From the NCBI GenBank assembly GCA_964383385.1, contig CAYLGW010000006.1, positions 21,113 to 85,112 on the forward strand: DNA of 64,000 bases. Reading direction: 5' to 3'. Positions 63,036 through 64,000 of the stretch are shown here, piece by piece. The position numbers and the translations under genes were made by a program. The DNA is from an uncultured Muribaculaceae bacterium (GTDB taxonomy: Bacteria; Bacteroidota; Bacteroidia; Bacteroidales; UBA932). Below the pieces are notes generated by a model, which made no database searches, had not been told where the DNA came from, and saw nothing but the letters and a program-made list of their open reading frames with translations. Positions within the stretch are counted from its first letter, which is position 1; each line of letters begins with the position of its first letter.

Positions 63036-64000
63036 ATGATTTTTAATATAAATCAAAAAATACACCTTCTATCAGATGCCGAAGAACTTCTAATTCCAGG
63101 TACAAAAATAGCCCTTGGCGATGAGGCGCAAGCAAGAATACAAAAATGCAGAAAATATCTCGACGAGAGAATGAAAAATCAAAAAGAGCCGATTTATGGT
63201 ATTACAACCGGATTCGGTTCTTTGTGTAATGTCTCAATTCCCGCAAAAGACCTCAGCAGACTTCAAAAAAATCTGGTGATGTCTCATGCCTGCTCCATTG
63301 GAGACGAAGTACCTCAGGAAATTGTAAAACTGATGCTTGCTTTTAAGATCAAATCATTATCATACGGCTTTTCGGGAATAAGACTTGAGACAGTTCAGAG
63401 ACTTGTAGCTTTCTTCAATAACGGCATTTATCCGGTAGTTTATGATCAAGGATCACTGGGTGCTTCTGGAGACCTCGCACCTCTGGCTAATATGTCTCTT
63501 CCGCTGATAGGACTCGGAGAGGTTAATTATAAGGGCAAAAAATACACAGGCGCACAAATTAATGAAAAGTTCGAATGGAATCCGCTCGAACTTGCATCAA
63601 AAGAGGGATTAGCTCTCTTAAACGGCACACAGTTTATGCTTTCGTACGCCATATGGAATATTATTAAAGCTAAAAAATTATCGGCACTTGCAGATAAGAT
63701 TGCAGCTCTCTCAATAGATGCATTCGATGGTCGAATTGAACCATTCAATCAGGCGGTACATGAAGTACGGCCTCATAGAGGACAATTGGCAACAGCAAAA
63801 ATTATATCGGGATACTTAAAGGGAAGTAAGATTATTGAGCAGCACAAAGAACATGTACAGGATCCTTACTCCTTCCGCTGCGTCCCACAGGTCCACGGAG
63901 CAACAAAAGATGCCATAGAATATATTGAGCAGATTTATGTTACAGAGATGAATAGCGCCACAGATAATCCTACAGTAATTCCAGATAAAGATCTTATTGT
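63036..64000 (+). CDS. hutH: histidine ammonia-lyase (N-terminal ~320 aa; continues beyond the window)
   Basis: My translation from the ATG at 63036 gives ...PIYGITTGFGSL...GSLGASGDLAPLA (Ala-Ser-Gly MIO motif)...NGTQFM... The open frame runs to the window end. Confidence 0.82.
   Translation, partial: MIFNINQKIHLLSDAEELLIPGTKIALGDEAQARIQKCRKYLDERMKNQKEPIYGITTGFGSLCNVSIPAKDLSRLQKNLVMSHACSIGDEVPQEIVKLMLAFKIKSLSYGFSGIRLETVQRLVAFFNNGIYPVVYDQGSLGASGDLAPLANMSLPLIGLGEVNYKGKKYTGAQINEKFEWNPLELASKEGLALLNGTQFMLSYAIWNIIKAKKLSALADKIAALSIDAFDGRIEPFNQAVHEVRPHRGQLATAKIISGYLKGSKIIEQHKEHVQDPYSFRCVPQVHGATKDAIEYIEQIYVTEMNSATDNPTVIPDKDLI

Noticed and set aside
1-64000. I searched for CRISPR arrays, transposases, integrases, phage genes, toxin-antitoxin pairs and known defence modules.
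   Set aside because: By eye there are no regularly spaced repeats and no translated ORF with recombinase, transposase, nuclease-helicase or Cas-like motifs. The only tandem repeat is the 2 x 17 bp site at 16974-17011.

Overview
This is a low-GC chromosomal segment that looks like Bacteroidota (Bacteroidales-like). Supporting signs are a FISUMP lipoprotein, the DUF4270, DUF3098 and DUF4294 families, the ftsX-DUF3098-uppP arrangement, and TAnnTTTG -7 boxes in front of many genes. The core (19.0-29.7 kb, minus strand) is the spc/alpha ribosomal-protein cluster from rplP to rplQ, including secY, map, infA, rpmJ and rpoA. The cluster is cut off upstream of rplP: rpsC and the rest of the S10 block are missing. 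In their place sits a tightly packed four-gene anaerobic operon on the same strand (29.9-35.7 kb): a GltS-type Na+ symporter, a secreted M19 dipeptidase, a glycyl radical enzyme of the dehydratase/lyase class, and its radical-SAM activase. This operon is the most interesting system in the window and its substrate cannot be assigned from sequence alone. The flanks carry ordinary housekeeping and envelope genes: ettA, LemA/TPM, apbE, tdh, queG, deoC, lpxH, uppP, ftsX, ispF, mutL, rhomboid, tsaC, rsmE, namZ, tsaE, comM and hutH. There is also a tRNA-Met/tRNA-Gln pair. Other points worth a second look:
- a sensor-kinase pseudogene with two in-frame stops and a 3' truncation
- three membrane-anchored AraC-type regulators
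- a 17-bp direct repeat with AraC half-site geometry upstream of deoC
- a pair of Tat-signal proteins next to apbE
- an unannotated 41-aa ORF upstream of a serine-hydrolase lipoprotein

I found no CRISPR array, transposase, integrase or recognisable defence system. All functional calls rest on recognising motifs in the supplied translations; no database search was run.
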